This document shows, piece after piece, positions 38,216 through 50,900 of a stretch of 64,000 nucleotides of DNA. The translations under genes and the position numbers were made by a program. Source of the stretch: Orbicella franksi (Eukaryota); NCBI GenBank assembly GCA_964199315.1, contig OZ116699.1, positions 930,001 to 994,000 of the forward strand, read 5' to 3'. How positions within the stretch are numbered: position 1 is the stretch's first letter; every line of letters begins with the position of its first letter. Under the pieces are notes generated by a model. The model saw nothing but the letters and a program-made list of their open reading frames with translations, searched no databases and was not told where the DNA came from.

Positions 38216-38384
38216 GGCGCTGTCTTAACGGTGAGGGGCTCAGTCTTATTAGCCCATTAAGGTTATTTCGGGCAGCCATGTACTCTTTTTATTTTAACTT
38301 ATTCTTGCTCATTTAATTTCTAGCTGAGTACAAATAAAGTTGTTGTTATTGTTGTTGTTGTTGTTGTTGCTGTTGCTGGGCTCC

Positions 38385-38980
38385 TATGTTAAAAGGACTC
38401 CCATTCAGAATCATACGAAAACCTTCTGGTTCGAGCAGAGCTACCTTCACTACTATATCGAAGACTACAACATATGGCTATATTAATGTACAAAGTAAAA
38501 TATGGCCTCGCACCAAGTATTGTTGACGAACTGTTTAAGCAGAAAAGCGCTAGTCATTCGTTAAGAAACAGTGAATTTGATATTCCTACTTTTAACACTA
38601 TTAACTATGGAAAACATCCTATTAGATATCAAGGACCTCATATATGGTCGAAACTAGGTAATGAATTGAAAGGCTCCTCGAATATAGAATCTTTTAAAAA
38701 TAACAGTAGGGAAAAAGACCTAACGTCACTCTTGAACAACAACAATACTAACAATAGCTGCTGTAACCTTTGCAATTCTTAGAGACTACCTCTTAAATAC
38801 CCATTGTTTTATTGTACAATTTATACATGCTACATATTTTAATTGTATATACATTTTTATTATTATTCCTTATTTGTGAATAATTTTAATTTTTTTGTTG
38901 TGTCCCCAATTAGTTGTGAAAACTAAATACAATGACACATTAATAAAGCTTTTTACTTTACTTTTTTTACTTTTTACTTA
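38385..38980 (+). mobile_element. 3' fragment of a CR1/L2-clade LINE
   Basis: ESYENLLVRAELPSLLYRRLQHMAILMYKVKYGLAP...LRNSEFDIPTFNTINYGKHPIRYQGPHIWSKL is typical post-RT ORF2 C-terminus, followed by AATAAA and a (TTTAC)n tail. Confidence 0.8.
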
Positions 38981-40258
38981 TGCTCGCCCGTAATGATGAC
39001 TATAACTCCTCAACGAGAGCAGTCTATATTCGTAGTAATAAGAGAAGTTTACATCTGCTTTGACAAAGGCTGTCCTAATAAGCACATGCGACAATGTCGA
39101 AACGTATTAAGAGTAATGGTGGTGTACTGTTACTTGATAAAAGCACAAGGTGTTTCAGCGGAATAAAAGGATCAATACAAACACGTGAATTCTTATTCCT
39201 CCTTCCGCTTCCTGCTGAAACATGGCGCGCTATCAAGCAGCGATTTATAAACTTTTGCTATGCATAATGCCAATCAGTATTGTCGGGTACGTCACTAGAG
39301 CTGTAGTTACTTTAATCGTATCTATGACAAAATTCTCGATCGTGATTTGTTCTCCGGGCGCCTATTTGCGACGTAATCGGCGCGCGATTTGCACGTCAAT
39401 TACGCGTGATCTAATGACTTTTTTATGTTTTCAACAGTTTTTAAAACTTATGGAGAACACTTCTGACTTTTTCGCTCAAAAGAAGTCCTTAAAAGACTTT
39501 TTTTAATTTCGAAATTTGTTATAGATACGATCAATTCGTAAGCAATTTAGGGAGTAATCGTGCTCGAAGTTTCAAAATGGCGTTCTGCTTGTCTGATTAC
39601 TCCCTGAATTGTACTCGGCTCGGTCCATTACTATTATGACGATAAAAAGGTGGTTGTAATCGAATGCCCTCATCCATGAAATTATTAACACAGAATAGCA
39701 GCCCTAAACGATACCTTGGCGACTAAGAATACCGGCATTCTGTCCTTAATTAAACCGAAAACCGAAAACCCGGAGACAATAAGTATCCCAACCCCTTCCC
39801 CTCACGGACTTGACACAGACCTTATGTCGCGCCATTAAGTGGAGGATAAGCAGGGCCGTGTCGTGTTAATTCGAGGAGTTTTACCCTGTCATTTTCCGAT
39901 CAAAAACAACACGAGCATCAAGATATGTCATCCCTACCCTACTGCATTTCAAAGGAAATAGAAAAATTTACTATCTCTGACGTATCTGCCTTCCAAGACC
40001 GCTTCCGGTACTTAGAGCAGAACTACACCTGCAATTCTGACGAAAGCTTCGCAAATGAGAGGAATTGCGACCCCTAAGAGCTAAATGATCAATATCGTAA
40101 CACTGAATACTCAAAATGCCTGGCTCAAAACAAAGCTTAACGCTCTTGAGTTGTGTGTCGATAATTGCCTTGAAAGTTCCCTAGTGTTCTTTCAGTGCGT
40201 GTAATTTATAGAGTTTAGGAAGCGCTCAGCAGAATATCTATATTTTTTGTTCCATAAC

Positions 40259-43200
40259 TTAAAGTTTAGTGTCATAAAACTTGGAGCTTGGAATTTCCCC
40301 CCGTTGTTTGAAGTTTTCCATCCCATTTATGGATCCTGCAGTGAAAGAAACAAAATGAGAATGAAATGTTGATGAAAAATAAGTCTCCCTAGAACTAGTG
40401 AAAGAAACAAAATGAGAATGAAATGTTGATGAAAAATAAGTCTCCCTAGAACTAATTATATTTTAACCGTCGATATATTTGACGCACACAGATTGCAATC
40501 TTTTTTTAGAACTTCAGCTTTCATTGTAAGCGTTTGGAACAATTCCAAGAGGTGTTTCGGCGAGGCATTTTATTTCACGGCGAAACGAGATCCACGAAAG
40601 ATTTACCTGGGGATGACAACTGTGTAATTGTTGAAGCAATCGAGGATCTGTCATATCGGGCCATTTGCCTCAATCGAGTTCTCCTTATAGAATTAATTAA
40701 ACTCTCCCTTATCTAAAATGAAAAGAAAAGCAGACAGAAAAAAGACATAATTAGAGGCAAAACACAGATGCAAAACGACAAGAGAACTCTTGCACGATAT
40801 ATATAATCATGATTATGATTCCAACGATGATGATTTGTGTACCAATTACATCGGCTTATGAGGCCCACAGATGACAACAACTCGTACATCGTGTTATAGT
40901 TCTTACTGCTGGACTTCGCGTTTCCCAGCTGGGTTCCCTGTGCAGACATTTTAGTTTCAAGCATGCGCATAGGTGGCCTTTCGAGTGTAGACCACGATGG
41001 CCACCGAGTTTTTACCTGAATTCTGAGTTCACGAAGGTTTGTACGGCAGTTAAGTTGACTTTTATGAAGGCCCATCGGTGTAACTGGAATTCCGAGTTTG
41101 TCTCACGGCGCCTCGTGTCGAAGTGAACGTGGAAATTTATGGCTATTTTTGGTCTACATTCGCATTTGTAATAGTTATGATTCCAAAAATGAGGTCATGT
41201 ATAAGGTTCCATAAATGATCCCATTTGTACACATTGCACTAATTATATTATTAAGAGACCATTTTATGAACCACAATGGAAACACAACTATGATTTGTCA
41301 TGATTCAAATATGGCTATGGTATCACCCTATGAGTCAGCATCATCATCATCATCATTATTATTATTATCAGCATCGTTAGCTTTAATGCGTTTGCATATG
41401 CTGAGGAGAGGTTATGATTACGAAGAGAATTTGTTTTATTACATTAGTCGTACGTGAACAGTTTCAGTAAGAGAAACAGTGTACCTGGTCATCCAAGAGG
41501 CTGTGAAATATGCAGAACAACAGACCCTGTATATACAAAAAAATACTATTAAAACCAGAGAGACAGCAACAACAACAACAATAATAATCCTTTATCTAAA
41601 CACGATTTTGTTTACTTGTGGGAACGTGTATCTAGCTAAAAATTAAAGAAAGCATAAATATGTACAGTAATAATAATAACAATAATAATATACGTGTTAT
41701 CCACATGAACAAAATGTAAAATCCGTCACGTTCTTGCTTCGCGTTTGAATCGAGGAAACATTGGGGTCTAATTGTTTGATAAAAACGTCTTTTCTAACTT
41801 TGGCATCGAATTGCAATGACCTATAGAGTTGAAAAACATCTTAAGTAATCAACAGAACGGACGGTTCACATACTTAGAATTAGTTTTTACCTGAGTCGAG
41901 TTGAGAATAATAAACAAGTAGAGAAGGACTTCACTCCATTGAACAACGAATCCCAGTAACCACGTGACACCCAACAAAGGCAGAAGAGCAGCGACACTTT
42001 TCAGACCTCTCCTGTGAAAGAAAAAGTGCAGCATTTACTAATTAACTGAACAGGTTTCACAACGGCCTGTCAAAAAATATTGCTACCAGTGTATAACCTC
42101 CCTTCCTTACGCGTTTGACTAAGGGCTGAAAATGATAGCTGGAAGGTTGTCCTGAGTTTAACTGTCTGACAGTAAAGCTGACTTCACCTGAACTTTTTTA
42201 TGTATGTAGGCTTTTCTAAGCTCAGTTTTTCTTTTAACTGAAGAATTTTAAAGCTTTTCCGAATCAGTTAGCTATTTCCCACTTGGATATCAGAGAAGGA
42301 AGTAGAATATCTGGAAAATAGTAAGATTGATGGAAAGTTATGACAAATTATTTGTGGATCCATTTTATAATAGACAGATTAATTACAGAACGTGAAATGT
42401 TTCAATCGACAAAGTTATCACATTTATATTTAGTCCCCCTTGTTAAATTCGAATCCATTAAGTGGGAAACATTTCCTAGCTATACTTTAGATATTCATTA
42501 TACTTGGGATTGATGATTCCAAGGAGCGCTCGATGAGAAATTAAAATTTCAGTTTTCCAAAAGAAAGGTTAAATAAATATCACTGTGAATATTACGCACT
42601 TGGTCTTTTTTAAGTTGTCGGTCCGATATTTTGTCGATATCTTGGTAAATATCACTCTTAGCAGGACCAAGAAGATTGCGAGATTGACCTGAAAATGGGA
42701 AGCAGTGAGTTTTCTTAGTACGGTACTAAAATTTATTGTTAGAATTACTCATCAAGCAATGAATATACATGTTTTCCAGCATCTAAACAGGTCAAATCGA
42801 AGCTTGGACCCAGAATTACTAACAAATACTGGGTTTAAATAACCCAAAGAAGAAGAGTATTCCATGGGGTTCTTGGATGTTAATGGTGAATCCATTGGTA
42901 CCAAAAGGGTGCATGAGAAGGTGAGAGGAGGAGTGGGAAGGGGCAAAGTGAAGACGAGCCTCTGCTCACTCGAAAGGGGGGAGGGGTTCTTGTTGCAAGA
43001 ATGAGATAGTCTGAACTGTTTTCGTCTCAACCTTATAAGTTTTTTGTAAGAAAACAAGGAAAGGCTTTCCAGACGCTCCCGAAATCAGCCACTGGATGGA
43101 AAAATATTTTAGCTTACCAAAAGGATTGTGAGTATCGGAGCTTTGTACAACCATTCTCCATCATGAAGCCAGCACCTTGAAAATATTAAAAACGCTCTTG

Positions 43201-44916
43201 AAATGGACATTGCTTTTCAGTAATCTTTTTATTTAACAGTGTTTTTTTGCAAATACAAAACAGTTATACCATACAGTCTGAACGCAGAGCGTTTGAAACG
43301 ACTCAAAATCTGACCTACTAAACACTCACACCTCCGACACGCCAGTGTTCTCTACACTGTGTTTACGCTAAACCTCAAAACAGCTTGCCCTCGAAATGAG
43401 CGAGGTAGCGTTGTTATATTCGTCTGCCAGCCCCGGAGAACCATTAGACCAAGTAAAAACGCTAAACCCTGGGATGGATGGGATAGGATTCCGATGGGAT
43501 TCGCAAGGTTCGAAATGACATTAAATTTTAAAAAATGTTTTCAAACTAAGGGGACTATTAAGCCTTGACGTGCAGTTACACTCGGCACGCTGACTCCAAA
43601 ATGCCACAGTGGAAGAAGCGATGGATCAAAACCAGGGTGAGTTGCCCATTCATTAACTAACCTGTCACGCATAATCTCCGCAGGAAGTTTTAGCGATCCA
43701 CACATGACGTCCTTGTAGTAAGTCTTACTCATATCATACGTCTCAGGCCTGATGGCTGCTATCAAGCCAACTAGAATAGCTGGGAGACCTGTCATTTAAA
43801 AAAATAATAATTAAAAAGGTGTGTTGCGGATACAACAAACAATTGGTTACCCCGTGGTATTTGTATTTATAATGTGGGTTGTTGTCCCATCGACACTTCC
43901 CGGATGTAGTTCATGAGGATTAAAGGACATGACTTGAAACAGAAGATCCATTTAGCAAAGATCTTACCCCACCCGATGATGATATATGTGATGTATAGCT
44001 TTTTCACTGAGAACACTTTGACCAGCTTGATGTAAAGATGGATTCCTTCTACCAACATCCACGAAAAAATGGCTGTGTGAGTTACATGTTGGATGACAGC
44101 CATAGCTGAACACAATTTCTGCAATAAAACAAACAAAGCACAAAGAACAGCCTTTGGAATACACATGACAATTTAAGCACATTAAATATATTCAAGACCT
44201 TGGTAATAAATCGCATAAAGTGAGCACAAACTGAATCAGGGATTAATAGGGGGGAGCAGTTTATGATATTCTTGTCTCAAAGTTCCTGGAGAACATACTC
44301 GTTTTGTCTTCAAAGTTGATCCTCCGGGAGACTCCCATGAGGAAAGGTCGGGGATTCTGTCTGAAAATTTGAATTAAACTTCTAAATGAGACCAATCTGG
44401 CGTAGTTCGAGCTTTATTTGATCCCTAAAAGATACCACTCTAAATCGAACATGACAGCGTATTTTAATATTTCGTCTTCCTAAAAGATACCTTGACGGTT
44501 AATTAAAGATAGTGACGTCGCCTCCTGAACAACCTAAGCGAGGCCAAAATTCATGATTTAAACCCCTAAGCGAAACGACGAGCATCCCCGACCTTTTCAC
44601 ATGAGAGGTCCCCCCTCCCCCCCGGGAGGTGAACACAGTTGACAAAACAAAAAAACGGAGAAACTCACTGGCGTCTGTTTCCTGTTTGTGAAAACAAAGG
44701 TGTCCAAGATCATCACGATGTAAACCAGGCACAAGGAAAGCAAAAGATTTTTATGAACAAATATCCTCTCTGAATTTCGTATCCTGTAAGATATAAAACA
44801 ATAACAAGGGCTCCTTCAACAATCAAGTATTGACCAATCAATGAGAATCGCTCTGTCAATCAATCACTCAATTGATCGGTCAGTCGGGCAATCATTTTGT
44901 CAACCGTTTGCCAGTC

Positions 44917-44948
<32 letters not shown>

Positions 44949-47900
44949 GTGTCAACGAGGCAGCATGGCCGTGTGGACTCGCACGGGCTTGAGTCCCGCT
45001 CTGACTACTACCTGGATTTTTTTCACGGTAGTCCCGAGTTCAAATTATCAACCACGCTTGTAAATACCCAAGCTGGTTTGCCTCCGGCCAGTTGAGATTC
45101 TTAACAATGTTATGTTCAACATGAATTAATTGTTTCAGTTTTTACCTGGCCCCACTAACATTGGTGCTATAAACACTGCCAAGGATAAATATTATTATAA
45201 TCAGTAGTAGCAGCGGCAGCATCATCATCAATTATCTATTTATTAATTGGTGACTGATGACCTTAGACAGGTGAGGATGACCAAACAGAGTATTACAGCC
45301 ACGATGGATAAGCTGCTGAGTGCAAGCTCTAAGTAGCCTTGAATGATAGCTTTTTGTTCTTTCTCTTCGTCGTTGACTTCCCTAGTTGTCATCTTTAAAG
45401 TTCCGTTGAGCTATAATAGAAAAAAATATCCTGATAATAATGGTAAAAGGAAAGTGAATTAAGTGTAAAGCTGGTATTCTAAATATCTAGCAAGGTTCCG
45501 AAATGATTTACATGTGTCCGAACTCTCGTCAGTAGCAACCTCAAGCAAGAGGCTATGTTAAAGGCTTGTTTACATTAGTGCATAAGCACAGGTTTAAGCC
45601 GACATAAGCAAACGCAGGAGGTTGATAATCAGCACCTTTTATTAGGACAGTTTCCTTACAAAAGGCCTTGTCTGCGCATGATACTTTTGCGTTAGTGATA
45701 AAGGATTTGTAAAAAGTGAAATATCGGTAGAGCGGCCACCCCTGAATGAGTCTCCTTCGCAGCCATTGAATCGTCATACAGCAAGGCAGAAACGTTGCTT
45801 AACGACACTAATAACGGCTGCGAAGGAGACACCGCTCAATGGGAAGGTACGCAGATTTCGACAAGGAGATAAAGAATTCCTGGTCGCTTGGAGAGCGGCC
45901 GCAATTTGAGGTTCAAATTTCGTACTGAGGAATGTTAAGAGGTCATATCAGAAGTAGAAATATTTCTAATATGACCCAGCATTGCTCTGGGATAACAGGT
46001 GAGTAGCTTCTAAGTAAAAACCTGCATATGACACTGACTGAGGATGTCGAAAATAGAAAGCACTGAAGAGCAGCTTTTCAAATTACTTACGTCATATCGA
46101 ATCCATGTGCAGTTGGCAGGATGAAAATGGGCACGGGCGCTACTTCCATTAACCTGGTCAACACAAAAACAACGATTTGATCAGGTTCCTGAAGACCTTA
46201 ATGAGGATGGTGATGATGATGATGTTGCCGCTACTGCTACGGCTACTACATGTACATGTACTGTTTCTTGATCAAAACGTTGCCACAATTGTGAACAACG
46301 ACCTTTTAATTTTAAAATCACTTAGAGCAATATCATAAATGGTTACAACTTTAGTTCTCCTCCTGGTCTTGAAAGCAAACATGCAACGCGAGATGGAAAC
46401 ATTCGCTCAACCTTACATTGCTATCGGCGTTCTTTTTGGCGTAACCTTATTTGACCACATGACATTAACATATCAGATCGGATATAAAGCCTGTCAGAAC
46501 TTTATTTCACCTCGCTAGTTATGTTCCGTGGCAGAAGGGCTGGATAACCGGGAGGTTGATCTCCCGAAGTTAGTTGAATTGGATCAATTCTCAATCGTAG
46601 CGCTGGTCGAAGCCAAAACTGCGTTGAACCAGGTCGTAACATGTATTGGTAGCCAGGTTCATCCTTGTGATCGCCCACACTATAGAGAGGACTGCCAGAG
46701 ACAAAGAAACAATGTATAAATATTTTCAAGCCCGCTACGAAATGGTTTAGCGTAACATGGCGTGACGTGACATGGAGCGCTGTGTCGTTGCGTGAAAATA
46801 GAGACACTTGGAAGCAACAGTTTTGGCAGGAGCTACATGCGCAGTTTGTCTGACCGCTTTTCAGGTGTACTAGAGTTTACTGAGCCATAATACCTAATTT
46901 TAAGTCTAGTTTAATAATACTTTGCCACATATACAAAAACCAAAAAATGGCGGGATAGTGACAAGAGGAAACTTATTCTCCATTCTAGGACCACTCTCCT
47001 TTCCTTAAAATTTATAAAGAAGAGACATAAATATATATTATAAAATGATATGAATTACCAAAACAAATTTAACAGATGGTAAAATACAAAAAAATAATAA
47101 CACTTAGACTGGTGCTACTTCAAGCCCAAGCAACCTAAGAGAGTTGATTTAAATGAATTAATGCTCGATTTACACATGACATAAGAGAGACATGACTTAC
47201 GGGGACGGAAGCCTAATACTCCTACAAAAAGCCAACATCTGGGTAAAAGTGGGAGCTGAACAAGCAAATTTCGTAACGTCCAATCTTAAAGACCATAATT
47301 GCTTGGTAGTCTGCGAAAACAACAAAAATGAAAACAGTTTAAAGATTTAAAAGCCAACATGTACATCGAGACCAAATACTCCTTGTGCCACCAATCTGGC
47401 ATCATTTAGAGGAGAATGTCATCCTCTGCTGAAACACACTATCCCCAGGTGACTCACCACTGCACGACTGCAAAAGGAATTTGCAGGGGCCAGGAATATA
47501 CTTCTGTTATCGGCTGCGTTGAAAAATATCTAGACAAAGAGAATAAGGAAAGCGCGTTAAGTTATAAGTGAGGTAAAGCAATACGAGTGGTAATTTTGCT
47601 AAACCTTATTACCTTTCGGCGTGCTGTTTTTATTGCGAGGCGGAGTGGCCTCATGGTTAGTGCGCTCAACTCCGGATCGAGCGGTCCGATTTCGAGCCCT
47701 GGCCGGGTTGTTTGTGTTTTGTTCTTCAGCAGATAGTTCGCTCTCGCAATGCCTCTCTCCACCCACGTGTACAAATGAGTACCGGCGAACTTAATGCTGG
47801 GGGCAAGCTGCGATGAATAACATCCCATCCAGGAGAAATAGAAATACATATAGTGGCTTAAATTTACAGAAACCGGGGATAAACTTTAGCAGAGCTTAGC

Positions 47901-50900
47901 AAGATGTGACCCACAGGCTCGCTAAAAAAAAAACGTCACCTTAACCAACTTGGCTCTTTAAGCCCTTGTTCTGTGTCTCAAAGTCAACACTAATCATTAC
48001 AAAAGTATAAAGTAACTTCCATAAAGCGTTCTTGGTCAGTAGAATCCATATAGACTCACCTAAGTGAATGCGTTAGCATGGATGCATGGATGGATGAATG
48101 GATGAAGAGATGGGTGAATGGATTGATATTTTGATTGACTGAGTGACTGACTGATTAAATGAATGAGTGACTGNNNNNNNNNNNNNNNNNNNNNNNNNNN
48201 NNNNNNNNNNNNNNNNNNNNNNNNNNNNNNNNNNNNNNNNNNNNNNNNNNNNNNNNNNNNNNNNNNNNNNNNNNNNNNNNNNNNNNNNNNNNNNNNNNNN
48301 NNNNNNNNNNNNNNNNNNNNNNNNNNNNNNNNNNNNNNTGACTGACTAAAAAAGGTTCAAACGTCAATTTACTGTCAAACCTTGCGTTCAGACTATCCGT
48401 TTCATCGTCCAAAGTTCACGATGGCTTTGTGTAAAATCGTGCATTTCTAATACTAATCAAATAATAAGATCTTTTCACCTGAGAGAAATTTATTGCTACC
48501 AGGTCGTTTGATTGGCTGATCGGATTTAGCAGATTGGCGCCAGTTTTAAAAAACCGATTGAGATAATCAAGGAGCAATTCCTTATTTGTGAAGTTCGCTG
48601 CCTCTCTGATCAATTCCCTTGATAGTTTCAGCAAATCTGTCAAATTCACTGAAGACAACTGAAAATAAAAAAAAACGAATTTTCATTGCTGCTAAGGAAA
48701 GCATTTTTGGTTAGTGATGACACCATCATGAGATTACCGAAACATCGTGACAAAAAGAAAACGGAGCCTGCGCTCCCTTCAATTAGTAAAGTAGGGGAAT
48801 GAATAGACAGGTCGTGAGTTTCACTACACTGATTGTGTTACATGTATTATATGTCCAAGACAGAGAAGTTAAACACCCATATACTGCTATATACCTCAAT
48901 CCCGAATTCCTGAAGAAGAGTTGATTTTTCGCAAAAACATCCTTCTTTGTGACTCCACTTAGTTATGAAACCAAAGTCTGAAGAACAACGACTGGTGAAG
49001 TATCCTGTAAGTAAAATTAACAGCAATAAAAGACAAATTGAATAGTTAAATTCAGTACTAGTGCTATCAAGAGTTTTTTTAAATGTCTTGAGTTTAGCTG
49101 GCCAGAGAATCTGATATAACTGCCCTACTCACACGTTGAGGAATATGATAAACGATCACCATGGATCACATAAAATGGGTTCTGTTCACAGACTTAAAAG
49201 TTAGAACCACATTTTTGTGACGCTAGGTTTGACTCTGCTAATGAAAAGGCTCATTGTAAATCAGGATTGATACTGAAAGCAAAGCTCAATAATAAGTTTG
49301 TTGAGGAAAAACTCTCCAACCTGTCATACTCTCTTTCATTGTACAGCAACTTGAAAACGAGGTTGAAAAAGTTATCTTGGATCTCGCACGTTTCTTACGC
49401 GGACCTTAATCAGCTCTCATGAATTAGTGTCACTGAAATTAAATTTTGTGTAATTTTTATCATGTTTAAAAATCACAAATCATTTACGTTTGTGAATTAG
49501 TTCAGATTGTTGTCTCGAGATTTATATTTCAATACTTTCAGTTTCAGATTAAACCTTACAATAACATTTAACTACTTTTTTACCTCCTAGATTTGGATCT
49601 ATTTCTGAACAATTCCTTTGTACAGTGTTGTCCAGGGCAGTTCTTTCCCAGTAGAGGTTGAATTTTGTGTGAAATGGACAGACATCTTTGAAAGAGAAAT
49701 ATACATCAAACAGTTAAGGTGGCTTAAAACAATTTCCAGCACTTAGATTTTAATGGGTCGTTATGACCACTCTTTAAGAATTCTGTACATAGGGTTCCGA
49801 GCCACCTTTAAGTTTCGAAAATTTAAGGTGGCTCTGAACCCTATTTAGAGAATTTTTTGAAACTTTGCCAAAAGTTGTGTCTTATCGTGCGTATTAAAAT
49901 TTGATAATATAAAAAAATTCCCCCACACCATTCTTGAATTATAAGCCCCTAAAGCTGTAATTAAGGGCGTTTTAAGTAGGTCATACTGTTGCTATGGTAA
50001 CCTATTGCGTCACGAAAATGATAATAACGTGTTCACCAATGATTGGACGGTTTTTTGATACACTGATTGTCGCATCAAGTGATAAAAGGTGGTTATAATG
50101 ATCCATCAAAATCTAACCGTTGGAAACTGTTTTGAGCCACCTTAACAACAATTTCAATAGACACTGTGAAGGGTATGGTTTTCAGGCAGTTATTCTGGGA
50201 TAGGGTTCTAAGAAAAATTGATACTCGAAAGTGAGTTTGTAGGATGTTTTAGGTATCGTGGATTAGACTACCTCCGCCAAGCTACCGCAATACGTACACG
50301 CGTTTCTCGGCATACATTTTTCCCGCGCTTGGAAATAGTGACTTGCCTTCCCGCGCATGGCGCTAGGGCCATGTTTTCCTGCTTTGAAATCAGTGACATG
50401 TTACTTAGCGCTTTGTGTCGAGTACATGTTCTGTTCGCTCCGACATTTAACTTTTCAGTTGTATGATTACTTTCGTTTGGTTTCACGACATCTTACTAGC
50501 ACTGGAACTTACACTGTGCACAGACTCTCTCGTCTGATCCATCATTACAGTCCTGTCTCTGATTACACCTGTCATTTAGTGACCTGATTTCGTCTCCACT
50601 TTCACACACGTACAGCCTGTCCTCTGAAATAAGGGTTGAGTTTTGTATTGCTGCAAACGTAAGAAAAAAACCTTCTTGGTTACGTAGAGCTATAAATGTT
50701 TAAGTATTAAGAATTTCTGAGTCCTGTTATTTTTGCAAGTACAACTGACAAGAACAAATATACTTTCCGGCCCAGATATAGCATATCTGACAAATATAAT
50801 CTCCAAACGTTATCATAAGCAATCCCTGGTTTTCACTTTATGTATAGTCTACAAATACACACTTAATTAACTTCATTGATGACAAACCTACGAATGCCCC

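Noticed and set aside
40713-41075. 120-aa minus-strand ORF within a GPCR intron
   Set aside because: The 7TM-to-helix-8 reading is complete without it (41485 joins 40712), and it has no recognisable motif.
45553-45777. ORF containing LCLCTN as a candidate GPS exon
   Set aside because: It lacks the His-Leu-Thr/Ser and W...GC elements, overlaps a MITE, and has no convincing phase-compatible splice sites.
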